64,000 nucleotides of DNA. It comes from Octopus vulgaris. Its lineage: Eukaryota. A model generated the notes under the pieces. The model saw nothing but the letters and a program-made list of their open reading frames with translations. It did not search any database and was not told the origin of the DNA. Shown one piece after another: positions 50,180 to 62,700 of this stretch (its first letter is position 1; each line of letters starts with the position of its first letter). Location: positions 40,176,001 through 40,240,000 of the forward strand of contig OX597819.1 of NCBI GenBank assembly GCA_951406725.2, read 5' to 3'. The translations under genes were made by a program, and so were the position numbers.

Positions 50180-50976
50180 TACTCATTGAAGTGGTTGGCA
50201 TTAGGAAGGCATCCAGCACAGAAACCAAGCCAAAACAGATGACTGGAGCCTGGTGCAGTTCTTCGGCTTACCAGTATCAGCCAAGCTACCTAATGCATGT
50301 CAGTATGAAAAATAGATGTTAAATGATGGTTGTGACATGATTAATTTATGCTCACAGAAGAAGCATGGCAATTATGGGAATGAAGGATGGAGTAATATAG
50401 AGGTATATTGTTATAAGATGATATATATACATGTGAGGCTCACGGAGTGGTTGGCGTTAGGAAGGGCATCCAGCTGTAGAAACACTGCCAGATCAGACTG
50501 GGCCTGGCACAGCCTTCTGGCTTCCCAGACCCCAGTTGAACTGTCCAACCCATGCTAGCATGGAAAACGGACGTTAAACGATGATGATGAGGCATGGACT
50601 AATGTGGAAAAAAATTAAAAGTGGGCTGTTATGAAAATAAGTTGATGGTTGCTGGTATAGAGGTTCCCTCAAAGGTTACTTTGAACAAAACTACATGATT
50701 AGATAGTCTCATACAGTGTTAACCTCTGTATAGTTTTCCTCCCTTTAAGACCAGCATAAAATTGAAGTAATCTAATTTCGAAGTTGGGGTTTCAACAATT
50801 TTCACACTTAGATGTCTAATGTTTATAGTATCCTCCTTACCTTTGTAGGAAACCTATCTAAACTTACATATTCAAATAGAAAATTTTTTTAAAAAATGCT
50901 TAAATTAAAAACAATGTTAAAAAATAACAAGATGTGGTGAAGGCGAAGGAAAAAAAATTTTTTTTAATGATTCAAT

Positions 50977-51382
50977 TCATTTGTCTTTCTGAGTGATTTG
51001 TTGTAGTGAACCAGTCTGTGTAGTGAGGGTTGGTTGGCATGAAACTGCTGCAGCACCACCCATCTGCTGTGGTTGGGAGCTAGCGGTGACACCAGCACCT
51101 ACACCACCTCCTTGTACAGACTGAATTCCCACCCCACCGGGGCCACCACCAGTTGCACCTGTCTGTTGAAGCTGCTGTTGTTGCTGTTGTTGTTGCTGCT
51201 GTTGTTGCTGAGATGTTGCCAATTCAGACTGCGCCTGCAACAGTGCCATTCTTTTGCGCTGATAGTGCTGCCAGTGCAGCAGTTGTTGCTCATCAATAAA
51301 CTTTGCACACTGCAAGTTCACCAGTTCTTTACGAAAATGTTCATACTGCAACAGCTCCAGGAAGTGCAGACACTGTGGATAC
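50977..51382 (-). CDS. MED31: MED31 coding exon 4 (YPQCLHFLELLQYEHFRKELVN... polyQ/Gly tail, stop)
   Basis: Acceptor taccccag|G TAT CCA; corresponds to ORF track 50977..51402. The four exons total 621 nt = 206 aa + stop. Confidence 0.96.
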
Positions 51383-51574
51383 CTGGGGTATAACAATGAC
51401 AAAATTAAACAAGTAGGAAAATTAATTTAAAAAAAAAACAAACTAATTACAAGATTAATGATATTAAAACTACAACCAATTTTCCAAACTTATTTGACTT
51501 GCTTTAGATGAACTTGTCAAGAAAAGTTACAAAGAAGCAATCACACAAAAGAGAAAGGTAACTGGAAATATGTA

Positions 51575-51791
51575 TGAGGGGCTACTGAAAAGTTCCTGGC
51601 TTTGGGTAAAAGAAAATGCAAGAGGATCAGTTTATTATGATTTTAATTAACACATTCCCCTCTCAGATTCACACATCTATTCCAGTAGTCCTTCAGTTTT
51701 TCTGAGCCCTGTAAAAGAACTCAGAAGGTTGAGCCTCCAACCAGGCCTTTTGTGATACCCTTAAAGCCAGGAACTTTTCAGCACCCCATTG
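51575..51791. mobile_element. Mariner-like MITE in MED31 intron 3
   Basis: TA-flanked; inverted CTGAAAAGTTCCTGGCTTT / AAAGCCAGGAACTTTTCAG. Confidence 0.75.
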
Positions 51792-52794
51792 TACAAGTTT
51801 ACTAAGGCATTTAATTAGAGAAGAGATCTGTTTGATATCAGTCAGTCAAGAAGGTTGGATAAAAAATTCTTTCTCATTTTGGCACAAAATCAGAAATTCT
51901 GAAGGGAGGGAGAAAGCTGATTACATCAACCCCAGTACTTGAGAGATACTTATTTTATCAACTCTGAAAGGATGAATTGCAAAGTCAACCTTGGTGGCAT
52001 TTTAACTCAGAACATAAAAAGACAGAAGAAATGCTGCTAAAAATTTTGTTCTCAAACACATTTTCTATGTTGATGTTTAATTCAGCCATGTCCAATACAA
52101 ATATTCTGCCTGTTTTATGTTAGAACCAACAAGATCCAACCTTTCACACCTACCCTACAATGTCATTCTAAAAACAATCGATCATATCATCAAAATATCG
52201 ATGCTTTGAGATAATGCATGATTGATTCAAAACATTGTGAATAAATAAGCATTACATTTGATAAAGAAATCTGAATGCTAAAAGGTTAAGCAAAATTTAA
52301 ATAATTTTATATTTTATTGAATTTACCTGTAATTAGATTCACTTTAAGACAAAAATTACAAAATAGATTCAGTTAAGAACCTTTTGTTAAACTATGTTCC
52401 AAAAATCACATTATGTTGATTAATAAAAAAAAGAGTTAGTTTATGAAACCAGTCTAAATTTACAATTATTTTAGAACTTAAATGAAACATAAAAGGGGTG
52501 TATTTTGGTTAGAAATATAGTAATGAAAGAGTTAAACACATAGCCTTGCAAATAGAAATCTTATCTAAGCAGGATTTTCTTCATTAATAAACACACCAAC
52601 AGAATATCACCAACCCAATGAATAACTTCCATTGCATACTCTCAAAGCCAATCCTATCAGCACAAATATTTACAGTATGTAGTTGAGATAGTTGTTTATC
52701 AGGAGCAGTTAATTTCAGACAGTAAAAATTAACCCTAAAAATTATAGCATCAACAAATCTTTATTAACAGTGAAGTTTAAAAAGTCTGACTCAC

Positions 52795-52891
52795 TTGAGG
52801 TATTTTGCATACTTTGCCTCTTTCCAGTACTGAAGGTATTTTAAATAGTTCACAAATGATGGATCTTTGAAATAGTTTCTTTGGGCAAGGA
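52795..52891 (-). CDS. MED31: MED31 coding exon 3 ([33 protein letters not shown])
   Basis: Acceptor tttttgcag|, donor |gtgagt, 97 nt. Phases 1/2 fit both neighbours. Conserved [12 protein letters not shown] motif. Confidence 0.96.
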
Positions 52892-54843
52892 CTGCAAAAA
52901 TATCACATTGTTTGTTTAATTATATATCACTGTGTATTGATAATTTAGATCAAAGGCGAAAAATAATTATTCAAAACATCCAAGATAAATTCTTTATTTT
53001 CTATGCTAACATGAAATAAATTTCAGACAAAAAAGTAAAGAACTCCACTTGGTCAAGAATGAGTATGAGATTGCACCTAGAAAGTTACCCTCAGAGGCAC
53101 AAGTCTAGGCATGGTTAGATGAGTGAACTGGAGTAACATCAAATAATGTGTCTTGCTAAAGAACACTACACACAGCCCGGTCCAGGAAGCGAACTCACTA
53201 TCTCATGATTGTGAACCCAACACTCAAACCAGTGAGCCATGTGCCTTTACAGTTTCAGACAAATTAAAATTAAATTTCTGTTATTTTTAAGTTAAGAGGG
53301 AAGATAGTACTTATGACTCTTTACAGGACCTTTGTGACTGGACAGTGACAGTGAGAAAGGTATCGTCAAACTAGGGACTTGGCCTATCAAAGTGGATTCA
53401 GTATACATCTGTTCCAATAATCGGTAGTAACTTAGTCAGTCAGCAAATCCTCTACAACTGTCAACAGCAAGATGAGCTGCTACGGATCACATGATCCCAA
53501 AGCGTGTATGCATGTGACTGGGGACCACAGGTGAACTTGTATTCTCACTGAAACCCCAAACATTAATTTTACACCTTGCAATATTAAACCAGATAACAGA
53601 TTAAATCTACCAAGTAGACCATAGTGGGATTTGAACCTAGAACACAAAGAGCCAGAAGAAATACCACAAGACATCAGGTCCAACATTTTTAGAGTTCTTC
53701 AAATCCACTGTCATAGATGGGTTTTTTTTGGGTTTTTTTTTTAATCAATCTTGAAAAGAATGAAAAACAAAGTTGACCATAGCAGGGTTGGAACTCAGAA
53801 CACAGTCAGAACAAATACCATGAAGCATTTTTTTTTTTCTTTGCTCTAATGACTGCCACCAATTTGCCAACTTGATGTGTTCAAGTAATTAAAAGGTAGA
53901 TTGCTCATCTAAAATATCACCAAGGTTAAATGTGGCAAAATCATTAGATTCATATTTCTAATTTATGCAAGCAGGAAATGACAGATAGTATGACTAGCAT
54001 GGACTGATATAATCAACACATTTACATTAAACAAAGAAGTAGGAATGAAATATAATGACAATGAATAAGTTAAATGAATTTCATGCTTTACTAGCTATTG
54101 TACTAACAATACCATTAGATTAGAAATTTACCTCATTTTAACATTCACTTTTCCATGCCTGCATAGGTTGGTTTTATTGAGGCAGATTTTCTACAGCTGG
54201 TTGCCCTTCCTGACACCAACCCTCATCTGTTTCCAAGCAAGATAATACTTCGCCTTTGTTAGACATGCTTTTGCAGTATATTGGAAATGAGTGATGCTGC
54301 TTGTATGACAGTGACAATCATTTACAACTATCACAAAGTGTTGTGACAAGGCGACACAAACATCTCCACACACACACACACACATACATGCATCTGTGCA
54401 CGTATGTATATCATCATCAATATTTAATGTCCGTTCTCTATGCTGACATGGGTTGGACAGTTCGACAGGAGCGGGAGAGCTGCCCAAAATACCATTTGTC
54501 TGTTTTGGCACTATTTCTACAGCTGGATGCCCTTCTTAATACCAACCACTCTACAGAGTGTAGTGGGTGCTTTTAACGTAGCCACCAGCAGGGATGATTC
54601 TATGTTGTACTGGCATCCATGAGCCTTCAAGACTAGGATCTCTCAACAGAGAGAGGGATGTAGAGGACATACCTGTATACATGGACAGCCACAATTTCAC
54701 TTAGTTTGATGTGTCTTCTTAAGCATAGCAAACTGCCAGAAGTCTCAGTCCTTTGTCATCTCCTCTGTTGGGCTCAATGTATGAAGATCCTTTCTCACCA
54801 CAACATCTCATGCCTTCATGGTTCTACCCCTTATATACACACA

Positions 54844-55060
54844 AGGCGGCGAGCTGGTAGAAACGTTAGCACGCCGGGCGGAATTCGTAGCCGTATTTCG
54901 TCTGTCGTTACGTTCCGAGTTCAAATTCCGCCGAGGTCAACTTTGCCTTTCATCCTTTCAGGGTCGATAAATTAAGTACCAGTTACACACTGGGGTCGAT
55001 GTAATCGACTTAATCCCTTTGTCTGTCCTTGTTTAGCCCCTTGTGGGTAGTAAAGAAATA
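54844..55060 (+). mobile_element. tRNA-derived SINE (family B), young copy
   Basis: CpG-rich; TSD TATATACACA at 54832-54841 and 55061-55070. Older relatives at ~6465-6610, 31000-31190, 32320-32515, 34350-34490, 48620-48820, 51875-52045, 56788-56950, 59530-59733. Confidence 0.85.
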
Positions 55061-56381
55061 TATATACACATATGACAAGTCTCTTCATTTCCATCTACCA
55101 AATAAATCCATTCACAAGGCTTTGGTCAGCACAGGTCTACAGTAGAGGTACCACTCAGTCTATACTTAAGGTACTACACAGTACCATGAGGTCTGGAAGT
55201 AAACTTCTTACCACACAGCCACACCTGTTCCTATGTTGTTAATTTCAACTTTCACTCCCATCTTTCTTTGGTCTAACAATGTTATTTTAAACAGGTTTTC
55301 AGTCTCCTCGCTTTGGTTACATTTGGCACCAGACTCCTATTAATTTTAATTCTCATTAATATTCTTTATCAATCTATACCTAGAATTCTTGAGGGAATTA
55401 CATATTTCTTACATGTTTTCAAAGAAGAAAAATTTGAAGAAATAAAGTAAAAATTACCTTGAGCTATTAGGATGCTTTTGCAAATGGATTAAGTAATTCA
55501 TAAGCTTTACTTAAATTTTAAATTTCATACTGTTGCTATATCATATTCCATGTTTCAGCTGATCTACAAGATTTTACATATCTGCTTCAAATATCGATAT
55601 TTAAAAAAAATTTTCATTCCATTTTTTATATATGTGTTTGTTTACTTATGTCCATTTTCCCATGGTAACATGGGTTGGATGGGAGAGTTATTTAAAGGAT
55701 TTCATGGCTGGATGCTCTTCCTGTCACCAACCTTTACCTATTTTATTTTTTTAATTATTTTTTCAGAGGCCTTTGAAGGCAGAGAACAATTGATTATGTC
55801 AACATTTTTACCATCTCACTAAAGTGATGAAAAGCATGCCATATCAACAATAAATAATATATGACTGCATCAAGTTCAATTATCTCCTTTGGCAAGGCTG
55901 GATGCCCTTCTTTCACCATTCACTGCATTTCCCTTCTCTCTACCTCCCACTCTTGTGAACTTCTTGCCCACATCTCTATACTACTACAATCTTGGGGATA
56001 TGCCCTAAAACCTTCACGTCTATCTTCTCTCTTTTCCAACCAGGGTAATGATGTATCTACTCTACAGCAAGGCACCTGTTTCTGTCCCTCTATCATATTT
56101 TAAACTCATCACCAGACACAAAGCCACCTCCCTCAATACTATACCTCACGTCAGTTGAGGGGGGCTTTGCAAGTTACTTGTGATCTAGATGATGCTGGTA
56201 CCACATAAAAAAGCATCCAGTACACTCTATAAAGTGGTTGGTGTTAAGAAGGGCATTGAGCTGTAGAAATCATACCAAAGTAGACAGAGCATGGCAGAGT
56301 CTCCAGGATCACCAGCTCCTGTCAAACCATCCAACCCATGCCAGCATAGAAAACAGACATCAAATAATACACATAAATTGA

Positions 56382-56978
56382 TGTACATATTCATTCTTAA
56401 ACGTTCTGGCAGATTTGGACATGAATATGTTAATTAGCACTGTATTTTGCTTTGGAGAACACTCTTCTTCCTTCAGAAGATGTATATTGACAATACACTT
56501 TTCAGTGACATAAGCAGACTTTGAGAGATCAAGGTTTCACACTGATTGCCTCACTTCTGTCAAAGATATTGCCAGATCACTAAATCTAAACAAGAATGGT
56601 CATTCTTGTTTACAAAATTCAGTGTGATGATATCTGCCAAACTGATAAGAAAATTATCATGGACACAAAAAAAAATAAAAAGAAAGAAAGAATCTGAATC
56701 AAGTGTATGTATTGTCAACACACATCACCTGATGGTAAAATACAACAGCAATTAACATATTCATATTCAAATCTGCCAGAACATATTGGTTTCAAATTTT
56801 AGCACAAAGCCAACAAGTTTGAGGGAAGGAGCAAGTCAATTACATCAACCCAAGTGCTCAACTGGTACTTATTTCATCAACCCTGAAAGGGTGAAAGGCA
56901 AAGCTGACTTTGGTGGAATTTGCGCTCTCTGGCATGCTAATGATTCTGCAAGAACATATTAAGAATGAATATGTACAA
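56382..56978. mobile_element. Old MITE-like inverted repeat, right arm split by a family-B SINE
   Basis: TGTACATATTCATTCTTAA..GTTCTGGCAGATTTG mirrored at 56745-56785 + 56958-56978; SINE TSD AGAACATATT. Confidence 0.65.
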
Positions 56979-57180
56979 CCTCATTTTGACTCACTATATA
57001 TCTCAAAGACATACACCAAGTATATTGTAATGATGTTTAAGTTGTTTAAGCTGTTTCAAACAAAAATTCTAATATATATATATATATATAGGGAGAGTTT
57101 ACGAAAAAAACAAAAGACGAAGACAGGTGGTGTACAAAACAAACAGATGTATTAGTATAACGCTCAGGAATAGAAAAAGT

Positions 57181-57217
57181 CTTTTACGTTTCGAGCCTAC
57201 GCTCTTCTACAGAAAGG
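57181..57217 (-). ncRNA. Minimal hammerhead-like motif within a ~170-bp repeat (57090-57265)
   Basis: cttt-CTGTAGA-A-GAGC(gtag)GCTC-GAAAC-GTA-aaag; one core deviation. A related, more decayed motif is at ~25087-25121 (minus strand). Confidence 0.5.
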
Positions 57218-57664
57218 GACACAGAAAAAACAAGGAGAGAAAAAAATGTGTGTAGTGGCTAACGATATTGTTTGATTGCCATGGAAGTTGTTTTTGATAT
57301 TCCTTTTGATGGAAGTAGCGACAGTTCAACATGAATCATCTCTTTTTGATGGAAATAATACTTTTCAGAAGAAGGTTCAAAAGGAGTGAAAAGTGATATC
57401 ACTTTCATAAGATTATGTAATACTAGAAGTAACAGTGAGCAGTGAATTGATGCGTACAAAAGGGTGAGGAGGATAACACTACAGTGACACATTGTGATAG
57501 ATAAATCTACCGACAGAAAATTTCAAATTCAAATGATGAGCTATGTCTAGAATTCATAGACATAAACTTAGCTAAGAAGTCCTTGGAGCAGACATAGGCA
57601 CAAGAAGGCTTTCATTGATGTCAAATGCGAAAAAAAAATAGAAATAAAAAGTAAATAAACTTAC

Positions 57665-57745
57665 AATTTAAGTAATTTGGATTTGCAAGACACTGGACAA
57701 ATTCCATCTCCACTTGGAAACGAAGTTTTTGTTGCTCATCAGTCT
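57665..57745 (-). CDS. MED31: MED31 coding exon 2 (ETDEQQKLRFQVEMEFVQCLANPNYLN)
   Basis: Acceptor tttacatccag|, donor |gtaagt, 81 nt. Matches the MED31/SOH1 motif RFxxELEFVQCLANPNYLN. Confidence 0.96.
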
Positions 57746-58064
57746 CTGGATGTAAAAAAGAAATAAGAAAGGTTAAACTTTATTTTTTTAATGACAAACA
57801 CAAGTAGGAAGACAGTAAAGGACCCACATTTTAAAATAGCAAATCAGGTTTCACATCCTTTAGAATCTATCTTTCAGATTAGCTTGCCAAATATTTCACA
57901 TGTCTGATACCACATTTTATAACTCAGTGAAAAAACCCAACAGTTTAACAGACTACCTATTTACATTATGGTTTAAAATAGATGCAAGCTCATAAGTTTT
58001 GGGGCCAGAATACTACCACTTATGAAATAACCTTAGTTATTTATATATATATATATATATATAT

Positions 58065-58300
58065 ATTATCATCATCATCATTTAGCATCCATTGTCCATG
58101 CTGGTATGTGTTTGAGGGTCTGACCAGGGCTGGCAAGCTGGAAGGCTGCACCAAATTCCAGTCTGATTTGGCATGTTTTCTACTCTCAGAGCATCCACCT
58201 CTGCTAACTTGGTCACCTAGCTAGCAGAAGTTATCTACTACCTCTAGCTTACCTGTTAGCAGTTGATGGAGTCTACTCTTTATACAGAGTTTGACCACCT
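58065..58300 (-). mobile_element. RTE RT fragment fused to 3' tail
   Basis: LEVVD..LGDQVSRGGCSES-like sequence next to the family 3' end and (GAT)n tail. Confidence 0.6.
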
Positions 58301-58307
58301 CCTGTAC

Positions 58308-58600
58308 CTACACCTTAGAACCATCATGGCGTCTGATGTGGCTTTTTAAAAAGCCACCTACATAGATTGCACTTCTGAATGGACCGCCAATACCTGCAGA
58401 TAAGTTCTGCTTTTTGTGGATCTTAACATGTCTTTTGAGGCCTCCGTTGGATTTGCAAACCTTCTGGCATACACTGCATTCAAAGGTGTGCACAGACATA
58501 TAGTCAGAATAGTTGGTGGAGGTTCGTTTTCCATGCATTTTCAGATGAGATCAGAGGCCAGCCAAAGACAGGGATGGTCTGTCACAGACTGTGCACCCAA
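58308..58600 (-). mobile_element. Related multi-C2H2 retroelement tail fragment
   Basis: CSVCQKVCKSNGGLKRHVKIH with flanking degenerate fingers, similar to the 11.6-kb fingers. No TGEKP linkers. Confidence 0.55.
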
Positions 58601-59789
58601 AAAGGTCATTGTCATTCACCTTATCAATCGTTACATTCTTCCTTATATCTCTTTTATACAGTAAATATTTTATCATCCCTGGAAAGATGAAAGACCAAGA
58701 AAACCTAGGCAGGATTTAATTTCTGAACATAAAGTCATGTAACTAAACATTACAAAGTCTTTTCTTCACTATTCTACCGATTTTGCCAATTTACTGTTCT
58801 AATGATGATAATAGCTCACAACTTACAAAATAGCATAACTACAGAGATAATTATGCTACCTAAAATAAGATAAATCTGTTTAATTTAGTTACTCCCTCAA
58901 AACTGCTGGTTTCATGCCTAAACTAAAAACTATTCTTTAAAAAAATAGTACCAGTCAAGTACTAGGGTCAGTACTCAAAAGTGCTGGCATTATGCTTAAA
59001 TTAGAAACCTTATTGACAATAATAATTCATTGCACAGGTACAAGACCTATGGGGAGGGTTTGGTTGAACAAATCATCTCCAGTACTTATAATTAAGAAGC
59101 AGTCAAATACCAGAGCCAATAGAGTTGAGTGTTTTCTCTAGTATTTTGAGGTCTGGTACCTATGTAAGAAATCATTATTATTGCTGGTCTAGAACCTTTC
59201 TAGTTTCCTGAGAATCTGGATTGGACCATATTTTAACCCAAACATGAGCCTTCTGAGACCAGCATCTTTCCTATTTATGTACATATAGCAATGTTTCATT
59301 TTATGATCCAGTCCCCTTTGGTTGATTGCCGTTTGTGAAACAACAGCTAAGTTCCTATCTTTATTCAAATGTGACTTGGTCAAGGTTTCTACATTTCCTC
59401 TTTCCCATCAACATCTTGCTTGCTAGGCCACATGTATTTCAGCCATCCTCTCTTCTCATTGCATGAATGTTTAGATGATAAATATGCTGATTAAAATGTA
59501 CATGTGTATTAATATAATAATAATAATAATTTTTACTACAGGCACAAAGCCTGAAATATGAGGGAAGGGGGATAATTGATTACATCAACCCCAGTATTTC
59601 ACTGGTACTTAATTTATTGAACCTGAAAGGGAAAGTCGACCTAGGTAGAATTTGAATTCAGAACATAACAATGGGCGAAATACTGTTAAGCATTTCATCC
59701 ACCGTGCTAATGATTCTGTCAGCTCGCTGCCTTAATAATAAGAATAAGAATAATTAAATATTACTACTTTTTGTAAGTCCATTTAACTA

Positions 59790-60465
59790 TGTGGAGACTA
59801 ATATTCGTGCATGCATGTTCTGAACAGTGTAGCAATCCTCACTGTTTGAGAAAAACATTAGGAATGATCTCGTTTGAGATTAACAAACATCTTTGGCTAG
59901 TTTAACCTTGTTGTGTCCACTGATCTGATTGGTTAGCATCTAAGCGCGGTCTGTCTCTACTTATTTCGTGCCAGTATGTAAACGACCAATCACGGCTTTC
60001 AGATAGGATCTTTCAATTGAGCCATCTTCACTCCATAAATAGGCTAGTAATTTCACGATTCATCATCTTTCGGCTCAAGACCTTCTAAGGTCTAGTCGGA
60101 GACCACAGAGCTTACTCAGCTATGTTCCAGTTTGAAAGATAGACGACAGCCAAGCCAACCATACTATGAAGACGCTATTGTATACCAGCGACAGACAGAA
60201 CGTCATCACCAACGTCGTCTCCATCTCCGAAGATTCCAACATATCCACATTGATATAGTTGGACCCTTAACTCCATGTGAAGATAATATATATTTGTTGA
60301 CGTGTATAGATCGTTTTTCGAGATGGCCGAAGGCTTATCCGATAAAGGACGTATCTGCAGTAACTATAGTGAAAACCTTATTTACCAATTGGATGTCTAG
60401 ATTTGGCATACCAAACGCAGTGACAACAGATCGTGGTAGACAATTTGAGTCTAGCCTGTTCGCAA
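59790..60465 (+). mobile_element. Gypsy-type LTR joined to an integrase-core fragment
   Basis: TGTGGAGAC...GTCTCCA (59790-60223), then RFQHIHIDIVGPL..LLTCIDRFSRWPKAYP..WMSRFGIP..TTDRGRQFESSLF. Confidence 0.8.
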
Positions 60466-60719
60466 CAGCATCCATTTTTGAACACATGTTGTGCTCCCAC
60501 ACTCCCCACCCCACCACCACCATTTTCATTTAAACATACATGAACTGTTTCCCTGGAAATTCATATACTCTGCCTATACTGTGGACAGAGGTATATATTT
60601 TGTTTACTTTCTTCTTTGTACCACTATACCTATATGCAGGTGTCCGCATGAGTGCCGTATACATCTAAGGGTAGCACATATATAAATATTTAGACATAAT
60701 ACTTAAACCATTCTGTGTA

Positions 60720-61500
60720 GCTACCCTATCCTCTCTTCCTGGTCAACCTACATGCCCTTTTCATCTCTTCTTGGTTGACTTTTGCTCTGAACATTGTATG
60801 GGATTGAGGAAATTGTAATTCATTGAATAAACTATGCACCAAAGCTCTATGCCAGCTGGCAAGTGTTTGCACAGTTTTTTTCAGGTGATGACAAAAGCTC
60901 CACAACAACTGCCTTCCCACTGTCACTCCCAACTACACAATTTTAGGTCCGCTACCATCAACATTGACATAATGAAAGGGAGGGGTGGTGAGATTATTGA
61001 AATGCTGGAGTGATGCTAGGTTGACATGTATGGCATGCAAGAAGTAAGATGGAGGGAACCTCTGCTAAATTTCTCATGGGTAAGAAATAGAGGTTCAAAT
61101 TCTTCTGGGCTGGCAAGAGTGATGCAGGCATACTTTTAGCAGAAAAGTGGATAGATAAGATAACTGAAGTAGTCAATTAAGCTGAGACTTATAGATAAAT
61201 TAACTGTTACATTTATCTCTGCCTTTGCTCCTCAGTCTGGACTGGCTGATGAGCAAAAGGACCAATTCTACGAGGTCCTTTTGCAGACTACTTCAACAAC
61301 AAATGGCAGAGGCTTGGTTATTGTGCCTGGTGATTTCAATGGACTTGTTGGGCAGGCCATGGATTCCCTGAAGTACATGGTAGTTATGGCTTCAGTCTTA
61401 GGAATAAGAAGGGAACACGGCTGCTGGAGTTCTGTGATGCAAATGATCTCATGATCTGCAACACTAACTTCAGAAAACCAGCCAGCCACCTAATTACTTC
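60720..61500 (+). mobile_element. Decayed RTE 5' region + APE fragment in MED31 intron 1
   Basis: Degenerate match to 21500-22140 (QEVRWR, SAFAPQSGL, GDFNG, RLLEFCDA, ICNTNFRKP). Confidence 0.8.
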
Positions 61501-62493
61501 CAGTACACCACTTATGTGTCCATAGCTCTTATGAGCTATGCAAGGTAATGTGAGGTTTATTTTTCACAAAATGCATTAATTCAATACAGCATATCGTTGC
61601 ATTATGAATTAATCCCAACGATGTGAGGAAGTAAATTGTGCCATCAATGTTCATCGCATTAAAACCTACATCCATTTCGACAAGATTCCTTTCAATCACT
61701 TCATCAATGTTAATGATATTGTGCACATTCTCACAGGTGCTTGCAGTGTTAGAGGGTCGGCCATTTCTTTGACACAAAATTTTCAGTTCCAAAGAAAAGA
61801 AAAAAATATTCTTCTAGTTGCATTCTATAGCCGAGTTTAATCGAGTATTACCGAGCATTACTTTACTTTCGTTTTATTTTTATTATGCCAATCTCTGCTG
61901 ATTTCAGTGGATTCATTTTCTGCATCACAAAACGAAACATCGCATTTGATTATTATTATTTTTTTAACTAACAATATATCAGTATGATGATTCTGGTTGT
62001 TCACGAATAGGTCATCGTTCATTTTAATTTGCAGCGAATAAATGAACTGGCAGTCCAACTTGAATGAAAAATTATTCAGTAAAATAACTGTCAAAACAAA
62101 ACAAATGATGTGAAGTGATAGACACACATACTGTTATGAACATTATGAAAAACATGGGAAGATTTCGTACTATACACTTCAGAATGTTTTAGTCTATTAC
62201 TTTCACTTATTCTCGCCAAATAACAAAATAATACAAACAGTTCTTGGATCTCTTTTAATACACTCCTTTTCAAATAGGAAAACATGCTGAAGAAGCTTCT
62301 CGCCGTGACAAAAGAAAAACAAAAATTTGAAATGAGACACTAGATTTTACGTTGGTGAAATATATTTTGGTTTATGTATGTATATATAAATATCTTGGCT
62401 CAAACATTTTAGTTACTTCTGTAGTTTTCTCAGTTAATAAAATATTGTGTGTATATATATAGAGAGAAAGAAGCTAAAAATGCCGTTCTTTAC

Positions 62494-62530
62494 CTTGACT
62501 AGGATGAACAGGGACTCGAGAAGAAGCCAT
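62494..62530 (-). CDS. MED31: MED31 coding exon 1 (MASSRVPVHPSQ + 1 nt)
   Basis: ATG at 62530-62528, 37 nt, donor CAAG|GTAAAG. Phase 1 joins exon 2 to give E-T-D-E. Lies in a CpG-retaining, promoter-like region. Assigned by phase and position, not by homology. Confidence 0.75.
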
Positions 62531-62700
62531 GCTTGGGAAATACGAACATACACAAATTCACTTCCGTCAATTTATGGAACCGCAGTAACGATGTTGTGAT
62601 GTTTATTGGATATAATTGAGAATATTATTTTTTAAAATCTGACATCAAACAAACATTTTTTTAAAAATTACACACAATTATTTGACTTCCGTAATTTAAA
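62531..62700 (-). promoter_or_regulatory. Probable MED31 core promoter / 5' UTR with ETS-type CGGAAGT motifs
   Basis: ACTTCCG (CGGAAGT on the minus strand) near 62560 and 62685, just upstream of the ATG. CpG is locally retained relative to the introns. Confidence 0.45.
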
